Assembly (NCBI GenBank): GCA_049512935.1
Contig: JBEKWR010000011.1
Location: forward strand, 17,406-81,405
Length of the DNA stretch: 64,000 bases
From: Candidatus Bathyarchaeia archaeon
Lineage (GTDB): Archaea; Thermoproteota; Bathyarchaeia; Bathyarchaeales; Bathycorpusculaceae
Direction: 5' to 3'
Shown here: positions 37,776 through 47,527 of the stretch, piece after piece
How positions within the stretch are numbered: position 1 is the first letter of the stretch
Layout: each line of letters begins with the position of its first letter
Notes under the pieces: generated by a model
Databases searched by the model: none
What the model was told of the DNA's origin: nothing
Seen by the model: only the letters and a program-made list of their open reading frames with translations
Position numbers and translations under genes: made by a program

Positions 37776-39134
37776 ATGCAGTCATCATGCAAGTGTAACA
37801 TGACAGTCACATCGCCCCTGCAAAACGTTCATGGTTCAGATAATTGGTTAAAAGACATTTTGACCGCTGCGAAACTGGGAAGCACCGACCAATTGGTTAC
37901 CCGGAGCTCGGAGGATAGCCTGTGCGTTCTATGCAAAGGCTCAAGGTTTCTCTGCGGCAAAACCCGCTGTCCCATCATGGTTAAAGTCAACTACTTCCTC
38001 AAAAGCGTCCCGTTGATGAGTGAAGACATCGCAGGCATGTCGCCCCCGAGCGTTTTCATCGGGCGAATCGGCTACCCCAACGTCTACGCGGGTCCCCTCG
38101 TGCCGCCAGTGCATGAAGACACAAGCGTTTACGATTTGCCTGAACGCTGGTTCGGGAAATCCATGGATGAAATCGTCGGTTTCCGCAGCCTGCTTGTCAG
38201 GGGCAAGTACAGGGTTAATGTGCAGAGGTTCATGGATGCAGGCAAAATCTTGGATAGCACACGCGAGTTAGCCCTTGCTGACAGCAGCGTAGACATCGAA
38301 CTGAACCTTACTAAGAAACCCCACAGCTCCATTTTTTTGGATGACAACGTTCAACCGTTCGGTCCCTCCGCGCCAATTCGCGACCTGCACGTCGGCAACG
38401 CACGTTACGATGACAAGATCGAGAAGGCGTACTACGACACGGACCTGCGTGCTCAACCCGCGGTGCTTGAGCTTTACGGCAAAGGCGTCGTGGTAAGCAA
38501 GATTCAGAAGGCTTTCAGCGTCGGCGCTTTCGGAGTTGAAAAGAACAGGCGCTTGGTTCCGACAAGGTGGAGCATAACCGCGGTCGATGACATCATTTCT
38601 AAGAGTCTGATGGCGAAAGTCAAGACCTGCCCTGAAATCAACGAGTACAGGGTTTACGAGTCAATCTACCTGGATAACGTTTTTGAAATCTTGATGATTC
38701 CGCAGCAGTGGAGCTACGAATCCATGGAAGCATGGTATCCAGGCACGGTTTGGAACCCGACTGGGAACAGCGTGGCGATTTATTCAGATTGGGAAGGCAA
38801 CAGTGGACGAACCACCTACGCGTCGATTGGAGGCTGCTACTACTCCGCTAGGCTGGCAAGTTGCGAGCAACTGGTGAAGGAACGGCGGCAAGCCACGGTC
38901 ATCGTGCTGCGGGAAGCGCGCCCAGGATACATAATGCCGATAGGCGTCTGGCAAGTCCGCGAAAACGTCAGAAACGCAATGCGGCAAAAACCCTTCCTGT
39001 TCAAGAGCCTCGGCGAATCCTTGCAGTTCATCAGCGGCAAATTTGAGATTCCGATGCAGCGGTGGATACTGCAAAGCGAACTTTTGAAGCAGGCGTTGTT
39101 CCAAAAGAAAATATCAGACTTCTTCAAAGCTTAG
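37776..39134 (+). CDS. nreA: Nre-family PCNA-interacting DNA repair protein
   Basis: CVLCKGSRFLCGKTRCP, LVPTRWSITAVD, C-terminal PIP box QKKISDFF. Confidence 0.9.
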   Translation: MQSSCKCNMTVTSPLQNVHGSDNWLKDILTAAKLGSTDQLVTRSSEDSLCVLCKGSRFLCGKTRCPIMVKVNYFLKSVPLMSEDIAGMSPPSVFIGRIGYPNVYAGPLVPPVHEDTSVYDLPERWFGKSMDEIVGFRSLLVRGKYRVNVQRFMDAGKILDSTRELALADSSVDIELNLTKKPHSSIFLDDNVQPFGPSAPIRDLHVGNARYDDKIEKAYYDTDLRAQPAVLELYGKGVVVSKIQKAFSVGAFGVEKNRRLVPTRWSITAVDDIISKSLMAKVKTCPEINEYRVYESIYLDNVFEILMIPQQWSYESMEAWYPGTVWNPTGNSVAIYSDWEGNSGRTTYASIGGCYYSARLASCEQLVKERRQATVIVLREARPGYIMPIGVWQVRENVRNAMRQKPFLFKSLGESLQFISGKFEIPMQRWILQSELLKQALFQKKISDFFKA

Positions 39135-39206
39135 AACGAAAAATAATCAGGAAAAACCGATAAAGTAAGGCTAAAAATGAAGGGTGCGCCACGGCGGACT
39201 TGGGTT

Positions 39207-40208
39207 TTACGGTTTGGTTATTTTGGGGCGCTTTATTTTGATGAAGACAAAGAAGGCTGCTGCGATCGCTGCAATCATTGCGAAGGACCCGACGGCTGAT
39301 TCAGGCGCCACCTGTATGAAACCCGCGATGCTTATGCTGGTTGACACTGTCAGGTTTAAGGCTGGTCCGAGCCCGAGCAGGTTTTGGGCTGTGCTTGTCT
39401 GGTTCGTGAGGTCTATGTATTCCTGCGGCCACACGCTCTGAGTTGAGGCTTCAAGTTTGATCGTTGAACCAGGCGGCGTGTCTGTGGGAACCTTAACGGT
39501 GACCTGTGCGACACCATTGCTGTCTGTGAAGGCCTGCGCTGAGTTAACGTACGTGGAGTTCAATGTTTCGCTGGTGCCGCCTGAAAGTTCAAGCGTCGCG
39601 TTAAAGAGGATTTGAACGCTCGCCCGCGGCGTGCCCGTTGAATTGGTCAGCTGCGCTTGAAAAGTTACTGTTTGACCTGGAAGGGCAGTCAAGTTGCCAA
39701 CTGCAGGCGAGACCCATTTCAACTGGTCTCCCTGACGCACCACGTCTTTGCCTGCGGCGGTTGCCGCCAAGTTGATTCCCGCGTTTTGGATGGATGAAGG
39801 CAGATTCAACTGGCTCGAATTGTAGTTGCCTATGATTCTCCAGATTGCGTCTTGAACGATGGCTGCGGTGTCGTTGTTTGTCACGGGAGTCCAGCTTAGG
39901 ATGTAGCTGATTGCTCGCCATTGTGCCGTGTCGTTTGCTTGTGCAATATCGGCTTGGTAGGTTGAGTTTTCGTAGACTGTGCCGTTGTAGTTTAGGCAGT
40001 AGACTTCATCGGAGTATGTTGACGCGCCTGACGTTATCGTGACGGGAAACTGGCCGACCCAGGTGTTGTCTGAAATAATGCCTAAGTCCCCGTTGGAGTA
40101 GCTTGGGTAGCCCATTGTCACGCTGACGGCTTGCGCATAAACCAACGTAGTTGCAGCGGAAACGATTAATGCTGAAAGGATTACTGTTAACACTGCTTGC
40201 CTTCTCAC
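39207..40208 (-). CDS. Surface protein with putative Cys-Gln thioester domain and PEF-CTERM-like anchor
   Basis: YCLN, VQDAIW, AQNLL; VAPES-TM-KIKR. Confidence 0.7.
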   Translation of the reverse strand: MRRQAVLTVILSALIVSAATTLVYAQAVSVTMGYPSYSNGDLGIISDNTWVGQFPVTITSGASTYSDEVYCLNYNGTVYENSTYQADIAQANDTAQWRAISYILSWTPVTNNDTAAIVQDAIWRIIGNYNSSQLNLPSSIQNAGINLAATAAGKDVVRQGDQLKWVSPAVGNLTALPGQTVTFQAQLTNSTGTPRASVQILFNATLELSGGTSETLNSTYVNSAQAFTDSNGVAQVTVKVPTDTPPGSTIKLEASTQSVWPQEYIDLTNQTSTAQNLLGLGPALNLTVSTSISIAGFIQVAPESAVGSFAMIAAIAAAFFVFIKIKRPKITKP

Positions 40209-40415
40209 GTTTTCTCACGTCGTACTTGTTAAGATACTTCGGAATGACGCAACGGTTAATATAAGCAGAATTTCCAAACGTAAAATGAGTCAAGAACCGA
40301 TATATTCCAAGATTCAGACACACGAGGCTTCGGCGGAAAAGCGAGCTTGAGGATAAGCAGTGAGCAACGCAAAATTTTAAAAAAGCAGACTCTCATAACA
40401 CTGAACTGGAACGCC

Positions 40416-42041
40416 ATGTTCAACTCTGCGCCTCGACGGTTAATTTTGCCTTTCGCACCGCAAAAAAGCAGGGAACCGTTCAACGCCCAAGTTGAAGAAG
40501 CCGCTGTCTACGCGTTGGCTGAGCTTGAACGAATGAAGGGCGGCGGCTTGATTTTGAAGCAGCCAGAGGAAAAACTCTTGTTCTTAAGCAAGATCGGGTA
40601 TCCCCTGTGGCTGTACCCCACAGGCGAAGCCGCGTACCTTTTCGACGGGTTGAACGGCTCCGCTTTCACCATGTCATATTTTGAGTTGCCCGCCGCCAAG
40701 GGGTTCATGGACAGTTTGGAAGACAACTCAAAAACTCGGGAAGGCTTCATGACTTTCCTCTCCGACCACAACAACTATTTTACGCAGCCGAAGAGGGAGA
40801 AGGAGCTTTCGCTCAGCAACCTGATCGTTGACGTGGAGTTTCTAAAGGAGCTTGATGTTTACCGCAAAGAAGCCGTTGAACTGGCTGGTCAGCCTGAAAA
40901 TTTGTCTTTGCTTCCTCCGAGGCTTGACGAAGCAGCCATCGCTTCAATGCTGACGGAAATTGGCAACCTACAAGCGACTGTCAGGATGGACACTGAAACC
41001 TTCCAAGAATGTTTAAGGCTTCTGAACAAGACAACGGGGCAGTTCATCACCGAACTGGATTACGCGGCTGAAGCAGTAAAAGATGAGGCGAACGCTAAAA
41101 TTAAGGCTCAAGAAGAAGTGATTAACCCCAAAATCGCCGCGTTGAACAGCCAATACAAACGGCGAATAGCCGACTTAACCAGCAGCTTCGATCAGGAACT
41201 TGAGAACCTGGGAAAGCAGAGAGCTAAAACTCAAAGCTCCATTGAAAGCGGCGAAGTCAAGATCAGGCTTTACCAGCGGGAAGCTGAAGCCCAAGCCTCC
41301 AAAAATCATTCGATCTACGAGAAGCGTTGGAGAGAAAAAAGCGCCCAAGCCAAGAAGGAGCTTGACGGGCTGAAGAAAGATCTGAAACGTGCCCAGAAAA
41401 ACATCAAGAACCTAACCAAGCAGAAAGAGGCGCAAACAGCCCAGCTAAAGGCTGAGCTTGACGCGGAAATTAAGCATGCTCGACAACCCATAGTGGACCT
41501 TGAAAAAGCACGTGACGCTGAAATGCTTGTTTTCAAGCGGGAAACTGAGAAGTTGCTTAGGCTGGAGAAACCGATGGTTGATGGGCTTAACGGCGCCATT
41601 AACCTGGGCGAGGCTGTCAGCGCCAAATTCGCGTTGCTGGGCTTCGCAGATCAGCAGCTGAAGACTTCAGCGCTTTTTTATGTGCCCTTCTACGTGGCAT
41701 GTTACCAGTCTGGGTTCAGCAAACGCTTCCTGTTCCTACCCCCGTTGACCTCAAGCACCATGAATTTCGTCGCCAAACTCAAAGGCGCATTCGGCGCGTC
41801 AAGAATCAAGCAGGTCCTGACGCCCCGCTTCAAATCCATAAGCGTGCTGATCGACAGTGTCCAAGAGCTCGCTAAACAAGAATCCCTGTTCGAGAGCCAA
41901 ATTGTAGATTTAGGCGAAAAAAACAATCTCCTCATCAGGCAGTTTTCCCGCGGCAACATCGTTGAAGGCTTGGGTTACCTGCGGGCCGAAGGCTGGCTTT
42001 CAGACAAAGAGTACCAAGCAGTCAAGGACAGCTTGGCTTGA
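40416..42041 (+). CDS. Long coiled-coil hypothetical protein
   Basis: Central E/K/Q-rich heptads; YPLWL and FYVPFY flanking motifs. Confidence 0.75.
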   Translation: MFNSAPRRLILPFAPQKSREPFNAQVEEAAVYALAELERMKGGGLILKQPEEKLLFLSKIGYPLWLYPTGEAAYLFDGLNGSAFTMSYFELPAAKGFMDSLEDNSKTREGFMTFLSDHNNYFTQPKREKELSLSNLIVDVEFLKELDVYRKEAVELAGQPENLSLLPPRLDEAAIASMLTEIGNLQATVRMDTETFQECLRLLNKTTGQFITELDYAAEAVKDEANAKIKAQEEVINPKIAALNSQYKRRIADLTSSFDQELENLGKQRAKTQSSIESGEVKIRLYQREAEAQASKNHSIYEKRWREKSAQAKKELDGLKKDLKRAQKNIKNLTKQKEAQTAQLKAELDAEIKHARQPIVDLEKARDAEMLVFKRETEKLLRLEKPMVDGLNGAINLGEAVSAKFALLGFADQQLKTSALFYVPFYVACYQSGFSKRFLFLPPLTSSTMNFVAKLKGAFGASRIKQVLTPRFKSISVLIDSVQELAKQESLFESQIVDLGEKNNLLIRQFSRGNIVEGLGYLRAEGWLSDKEYQAVKDSLA

Positions 42042-42181
42042 TTCTTAGAAAGGTTTCAAAAAATTTATTGTACCTAAGCCGCAAGGACAAAAAAATCCCC
42101 CGTCCAAAATTCAAAATCGAATAGCTGATTTTCAGAAAAAGACTTATAGGCTACCAGTGCTAACGTGTGGTGGTTTTTGAA

Positions 42182-42265
42182 ATGGTAAACCTATTTGTCA
42201 GAGAAGAAGAAGACGAAGAAGACTGCGACGACTGTGACTGCGAAGATTGCGAAGACGAAGAATAA
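42182..42265 (+). CDS. Putative acidic Cys-rich micropeptide (27 aa)
   Basis: MVNLFVREEEDEEDCDDCDCEDCEDEE*; TATA-like ttatag upstream and T-rich tract downstream. Confidence 0.5.
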   Translation: MVNLFVREEEDEEDCDDCDCEDCEDEE

Positions 42266-42316
42266 AACTTCTCACAACTTCCTTTTTCTTTCAGATAAAT
42301 CAAAGGCGGTTTAGAA

Positions 42317-42724
42317 ATGAAAAAGTTTACGGGCAAAACCTCGACGGCAATAATTCCTTTTCCAGACGACAAGATTTTGCTTGTTAAAAGGGACACAGTG
42401 CCTTTCAAGTGCTACTGGGCACTGCCAGGCGGCAGAATGGAGCCGGGCGAAACCGTCGAGCAAACCATCGTTCGCGAATGCAAGGAGGAAACGGGGCTTA
42501 ACGTGGAAATTGTTCGAGTAATCGGCGAGTACGTTGAGAAAGGCGTTAAGGACGACGTGAAATACGAGTATTACCCAACCTGTTTTGTGGTGAAGCCAGT
42601 CGGCGGGGAAATCAAGCGGCAGGAAAGCGAAATCCAGGAAATCCAGCTGTTCAGCCTAAAAGCGCTGCCAAAGCCGCTCGCGTTCGAACACGATAAGATG
42701 ATAGTGGATTATTTAAGCCAATAA
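42317..42724 (+). CDS. NUDIX hydrolase
   Basis: WALPGGRMEPGETVEQTIVRECKEETG. Confidence 0.92.
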   Translation: MKKFTGKTSTAIIPFPDDKILLVKRDTVPFKCYWALPGGRMEPGETVEQTIVRECKEETGLNVEIVRVIGEYVEKGVKDDVKYEYYPTCFVVKPVGGEIKRQESEIQEIQLFSLKALPKPLAFEHDKMIVDYLSQ

Positions 42725-42730
42725 AATTGG

Positions 42731-43141
42731 CTACTGCTTCTCCAGTGCCTTTTTCAATTCGGCAAGTTCTTTTGAGAAGTCTGCTTCTTTGTCGGGCTTC
42801 ATGCCCTTCTTGGAAACCTTAAGCACAGTTTCGTACCCCGTGTACTCCAGCATTTTCTCCATAATCCCCATTGCTCTGCCGCTCCCGAATAGGCGGTGAG
42901 TGCAAAACACGACGGCTTTTTTACCTTCCACTTTAGGCATGTTTTCGATGAAGGCTGAGGCTTCTTTTGCTGGGCTGGCACCTTCAACGGGAGTGCCAAC
43001 AATTACGAGGTCAAAGTCTTGGATGGCTGACGGCTGCGTTTCTGCCATGGCGAAAATGGGCGCTTTCAGGGAATCGGCTATTGCTTGGGCTAAGCGTTTA
43101 GTGTTTCCGGTTCTTGAAAAGTAAACTACGCAGGTCTTCAT
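42731..43141 (-). CDS. Flavodoxin family protein
   Basis: YFSRTGNTKRLA, VGTP. Confidence 0.88.
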   Translation of the reverse strand: MKTCVVYFSRTGNTKRLAQAIADSLKAPIFAMAETQPSAIQDFDLVIVGTPVEGASPAKEASAFIENMPKVEGKKAVVFCTHRLFGSGRAMGIMEKMLEYTGYETVLKVSKKGMKPDKEADFSKELAELKKALEKQ

Positions 43142-43250
43142 GGTTTCTGATAGCGCTTGGTCGGTTAATATAACCTTCCATATAGCCACGGCGAGTTGGG
43201 GTGTTAATTTTAATAGTTAAGCAATAGTATTTTCTTTTGAGCGAAAAATC

Positions 43251-45023
43251 ATGGATTACTCAATAATCGCTGAAGCCTACGAGAAGATTGAAGCAACCAC
43301 GAAACGGCTTGAAATGACCGATTTGCTGGTTGAATTGCTAAAGAAAACGCCTAAAGAAGTCATAGCAAGGGTTGTTTACTTGACACAGGGCAAACTTTAC
43401 CCAGATTTCCTGGGCGTCGAGATGGGGGTCGCTGAAAAACTCGCCATCAAAGCCCTAGCCCGCGCTTCAGGGCAGAGCGAAACCGCCATCACAAATGACC
43501 TGCAGAAAAGCGGCGACATAGGCCAAACGTCACAGACATTTCTGACTAAACGTAAGCAGTCAACGTTTTTCACTCGGAAACTCACCGCCGAGCAGGTTTA
43601 TGAGACGCTGGACAAGCTGGCTAAAACTTCAGGGTCAGGTGCCGTGGACACGAAAATGGCGATGCTTTGCGGTCTTCTGACTGACGCGTCGCCCATGGAG
43701 GCAAAATGGATTGTTCGAACGGTTACAGGCAACCTGCGGCTTGGCATCGCGGACATGACGGTTCTTGACGCTTTGGCAATTGCTTACGGCGGCGGGAAAG
43801 AAGCTCGGGAACTGGTTGAACGCGCTTACAACATTTCATCTGACCTCGGCAGGGTTGCAAACATAGTTGTCGAGAAAGGTTTAGACGGAATCGAAAAGTT
43901 CCAAGTGATGGTTTTCGAGCCGATAAGACCCATGCTTGCCGAGCGGCTGGCTTCTCCTGAGGAAATCCTCGACAAGCTGGGCGGAAAATGCGCAGCCGAG
44001 TACAAGTATGACGGGGAACGGGTACAGGCGCACAAGAAAGATGACAAAGTAATTTTGTTTTCCAGGCGCCTAGAAAACATTTCCAGCCAGTACCCTGACG
44101 CCGTGGAATTGATTAAGGAAAAAATCGGCGCTAAAGAAGCCATTTTGGAAGCCGAATGCGTCGCGATGGACTTGGATACAGGCGACATGCGACCCTTCCA
44201 AGAGCTGATGCATCGGCGGCGAAAGTACGGCGTTGAAGAAGCAATTTCGCAGTACCCGATTTCACTCTTCCCCTTTGACCTGCTCTACGTCGACGGCAAA
44301 GACTTAACCCTTGAACCCCTCCGCGAAAGACGCCGCGAACTCCAAAAAATCATCAAGGAAACCGACCGCGTAACCCCCGCCATCCAAAAAATCGTTAAAA
44401 ACCCGAAGGAGCTTGAGGCTTTCTTCGAGGAAGCCATCGAGAAAGGCTGCGAAGGGTTAATGTGCAAATCCATCGCTGCAGACTCAGTTTACCAGGCGGG
44501 AAGCCGAGGTTGGCTGTGGATAAAGTACAAGCGCGACTACAAGAGCGAGATGACTGACACGGTGGATCTTGTGGTTGTCGGCGCTTTCCACGGCAGAGGC
44601 AAACGGGTTGGAACCTACGGCGCCCTGCTTTTAGCCACGTACAACGATGAAGAGGACACTTTTGAAACCGTAACTAAATGCGGCACAGGCTTCACCGACA
44701 AAGACCTCGTAACGCTTCGAGACACCCTCGCGAAGCACATTATTCCCCGAAAAAACAGCCGCGTCAAATCCTTGCTGGAAGCAGATGTTTGGTTTGAACC
44801 CAGCTTGGTGCTTGAGATTTTAGGCGCTGAAATCACTTTGAGCCCCATTCACGTGTGCGCGATGGATTCAATACGGAAAGACAGCGGCTTGGCGATTCGA
44901 TTCCCCCGCTTCACAGGCAAGTACCGCACCGACAAAAGCCCCGAAGACGCAACAACTTCCAAGGAAATCGTTGAAATGTACCGCGCACAACTCAAAAAAA
45001 TAAGCGAAACCCAAACTGCATAG
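43251..45023 (+). CDS. lig: ATP-dependent DNA ligase
   Basis: PMLA, EYKYDGER, EGLMCK, WIKYK, IRFPRF. Confidence 0.97.
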   Translation: MDYSIIAEAYEKIEATTKRLEMTDLLVELLKKTPKEVIARVVYLTQGKLYPDFLGVEMGVAEKLAIKALARASGQSETAITNDLQKSGDIGQTSQTFLTKRKQSTFFTRKLTAEQVYETLDKLAKTSGSGAVDTKMAMLCGLLTDASPMEAKWIVRTVTGNLRLGIADMTVLDALAIAYGGGKEARELVERAYNISSDLGRVANIVVEKGLDGIEKFQVMVFEPIRPMLAERLASPEEILDKLGGKCAAEYKYDGERVQAHKKDDKVILFSRRLENISSQYPDAVELIKEKIGAKEAILEAECVAMDLDTGDMRPFQELMHRRRKYGVEEAISQYPISLFPFDLLYVDGKDLTLEPLRERRRELQKIIKETDRVTPAIQKIVKNPKELEAFFEEAIEKGCEGLMCKSIAADSVYQAGSRGWLWIKYKRDYKSEMTDTVDLVVVGAFHGRGKRVGTYGALLLATYNDEEDTFETVTKCGTGFTDKDLVTLRDTLAKHIIPRKNSRVKSLLEADVWFEPSLVLEILGAEITLSPIHVCAMDSIRKDSGLAIRFPRFTGKYRTDKSPEDATTSKEIVEMYRAQLKKISETQTA

Positions 45024-45025
45024 CG

Positions 45026-45294
45026 TCATTTCTTGCCGTAGGCAGTTTCCCGGGGAAGAATTGCGTATACTACAATTGAGCCTTCTTCTGAAAGGTCGAG
45101 GAGTAATCGGTAATCTCCAACTCTGACGCGATAGCTTTTGCCTAGACCCTGCAATTTCTTGACATCAAGCGACCGCACAAGCCTTCTTCTTCCAGCGTTC
45201 CTATGACATTGTTTATTCTTGACTGGACCCTGACAGACAAATGCTCAAGCTATTTCTGTGCCTTCTTCTCTATGAAAACTGAGAGTTTGGGCAA
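45026..45294 (-). pseudogene. RelE/ParE-family toxin, disrupted
   Basis: LPKLSVFIEKKAQK*LEHL..., then a frameshift to DVKKLQG...YRVRVGDYRLL...PRETAY. Confidence 0.8.
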
Positions 45295-45301
45295 GAATCG
45301 A

Positions 45302-45511
45302 CTATCTTCCTTTTCCCGTCTTTTTCCAAGGCACAACTTCTAAAGTCTTGTTTTTCTTTTCCGCTTCGTATTCTCGGTAGGCTTCCGCCTCATCAGGCAA
45401 AGGTGCACATCCGATCACGCGTTCTTCAAGCAGTCCACTTAATCCTTCGACTTTTTTGTTCAGCTCCAAAAGCAAGCTTCGAATCTCCTTAAGTTCGGTT
45501 TCAGTGGTCAT
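45302..45511 (-). CDS. Putative antitoxin of the RelE-like toxin
   Basis: Small acidic ORF directly upstream of relE; PLPDEAEAYREY. Confidence 0.7.
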   Translation of the reverse strand: MTTETELKEIRSLLLELNKKVEGLSGLLEERVIGCAPLPDEAEAYREYEAEKKNKTLEVVPWKKTGKGR

Positions 45512-45603
45512 GGCTTATCCTAAAATCCTATTGTGCCCATTTGTATTTAATGGTTGTCGATAGAAACAAATTGCGGGACCTTAAACCAAGAACTGTCGCG
45601 AGG

Positions 45604-45954
45604 TCATTTAAGGCGAAGGGCTCGTATTTTATTTTCTCTGACTATGATAAAATGCTTTTCAATTTGGGCTTGGCTTTTCAAAGCGTTTGAGACAACTTCA
45701 ACCACATGTTGGGATGATTTGGGAGCAAACTTTAGAAGGATTACACCCCAAGTCTTGAGTTTCTGCCTGAAAACAAGTTCTGAAAAGTCGGAATCAAATG
45801 TTATCAATACCCTTTGCTGCTGGACCGCAATCGCTAGTACTGCCTCGTCGCTTACTCCTGACGTTAGCTCCTTTAATGAAATAATGTCTATTCCTTTTCT
45901 TTTGAGCGCATTAACTGCTTTTTGGGAGATGTTTTCGTCGGCAAGAAGCTTTAT
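45604..45954 (-). CDS. DUF5615 PIN-like toxin, start codon ATA (possibly inactivated)
   Basis: (I)KLLADENISQ...SDEAVL...LITFDSDF; frame open from 45954. Confidence 0.7.
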   Translation of the reverse strand: MKLLADENISQKAVNALKRKGIDIISLKELTSGVSDEAVLAIAVQQQRVLITFDSDFSELVFRQKLKTWGVILLKFAPKSSQHVVEVVSNALKSQAQIEKHFIIVRENKIRALRLK

Positions 45955-46184
45955 GGTAATGGGTATACCTTCTCTTCTTTTACCATTTCAGCAGCGTACT
46001 TCAAGACAGCCATTATATCTTCGCGCTTTAACTGAGGATAATCATCCAATATTCTCTCAGTAGTCCAGCCGTTGGCAAGAAGATCTAAAACAAACTCAAC
46101 TGAAAGCCGCGTGTCCCTTATTACTGGTTTTCCAACTAGAATTTTTGGGTCAACTACGATTCTTTCTTGCCAATCATCCTGCAT
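45951..46184 (-). CDS. DUF433 antitoxin
   Basis: IVVDPKILVGKPVIRDTRLSV...YPQLKREDI. Confidence 0.9.
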   Translation of the reverse strand: MQDDWQERIVVDPKILVGKPVIRDTRLSVEFVLDLLANGWTTERILDDYPQLKREDIMAVLKYAAEMVKEEKVYPLP

Positions 46185-46338
46185 ATTTTTTACCGATTCA
46201 TATTAAATCTATCAAGAAATATTAACACTTTTGCCTTACCTAAAACTGATTGAACACTTAATTCAGCTTCATTCTATTTTTGGAAGGCTAAAACTGATAA
46301 GCATCTACCGCTAAAATAAGAGTCGTGCGTGAATTGGT

Positions 46339-46986
46339 TTGGCGCAAGACCCAGAAAGAATGAAGTCACTTATCGCTTTTAAGAAGCGGCTTGAAGACCA
46401 GCTTGAAAAATTAGCTGCTGAATCCAAAGAATTGGAGGCGGCGCTGGATACGGTTAACGAGATTTTGCTTGAGAAAGGCTTCAAACGCGGGGACATGAAA
46501 GAGGTTTCTGAAACGCCTCCGCCGACTATGCCTAAAGAAGTTGTTCTGCCGAAGCCCACGCCTGAGCCGCCAATCGTTGTTCAATATGCGCCTGAAGCTT
46601 CAAAGCCTGCTCCGCAACGAATGCCTGAGAAGGAGAGCGTAATACCGCTGAAAACCATGGCGGAAGAGCCGCTGGCGCTGATCTATTTTGATAAGCAGGC
46701 TATGCACGTTTTGCCTGACGAAAGCAAAAACTTCAGCGTTAACACACCGCCCTTCGAGAATTTCCTCGTTGAGAAGGTTTTTGAAAAAATGCAGGAGAAG
46801 GACAAGGAACTGGTTAAGGCTAACCAATTGACAGCAGACCGCATGTTTTCCTACAGCATTGTTCGGGAAGGCGATTTAATCAGGGAAATAGTGATTCGAA
46901 ACGTTGATGACGAACGACTCAGAGAACTTAAGTCAAGCATCCGCTGGACTTTCGAAAAAATGTATGAGAAAATGAAGAGTTCCTAA
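46339..46986 (+). CDS. Hypothetical protein
   Basis: Long ORF with N-terminal coiled coil and Pro-rich linker. Confidence 0.7.
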   Translation: MAQDPERMKSLIAFKKRLEDQLEKLAAESKELEAALDTVNEILLEKGFKRGDMKEVSETPPPTMPKEVVLPKPTPEPPIVVQYAPEASKPAPQRMPEKESVIPLKTMAEEPLALIYFDKQAMHVLPDESKNFSVNTPPFENFLVEKVFEKMQEKDKELVKANQLTADRMFSYSIVREGDLIREIVIRNVDDERLRELKSSIRWTFEKMYEKMKSS

Positions 46987-46988
46987 GT

Positions 46989-47324
46989 TTAAACTGTGTG
47001 TTTCAGTATCGTTTCAGCTATCTTGTTTTTCGCGCATAAGCCAACGAGCCTTTCTGCTTCAGAGCCGTTCTTGAAAAGTATCATGGTTGGGATGCTGTAA
47101 ACTTGGAAGCGTTCAGCCGTAGTCGAGTTCTCGTCAACGTCAAGCTTGCCGACCAAAATTTTCCCACTGTACTCCTTCGCCAACTCCTGAATGGTCGGCG
47201 CCAAGGCTCTGCAGGGTCCACACCAGCTAGCCCAGAAATCAATTAAAACTACCTTGTTGTTCTTGATTGTTTCGTCAAAATTGGCGTCAGTCACGTGAAA
47301 AGGTTCAGTAATCATAATTTTCAA
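46989..47324 (-). CDS. trxA: Thioredoxin
   Basis: WCGPC, SIPT. Confidence 0.95.
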   Translation of the reverse strand: MKIMITEPFHVTDANFDETIKNNKVVLIDFWASWCGPCRALAPTIQELAKEYSGKILVGKLDVDENSTTAERFQVYSIPTMILFKNGSEAERLVGLCAKNKIAETILKHTV

Positions 47325-47527
47325 CTCCTTTTACAACAATAGTAATTTTGAACACGTTTCATATAAACCGTTCTAGACGCAGCCCGTTCTTTTTACCGCA
47401 AAGTTAATTTCGTTTCGGCGACCAGAAGAGGCATGACTCCAACGTTTTCATGGATGCTTTGTCGTTTTTGACTGCAACACTTAAAGACATCTTCCCCTCA
47501 AATCCTTGTTAAAAGGCGGCTTACTTT

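Noticed and set aside
18590-45294. Amber (pyrrolysine) recoding as an explanation for TAG in hicA and relE
   Set aside because: Core genes such as lig and afpA end normally at TAG, relE is also frameshifted, and no pyl genes are visible.
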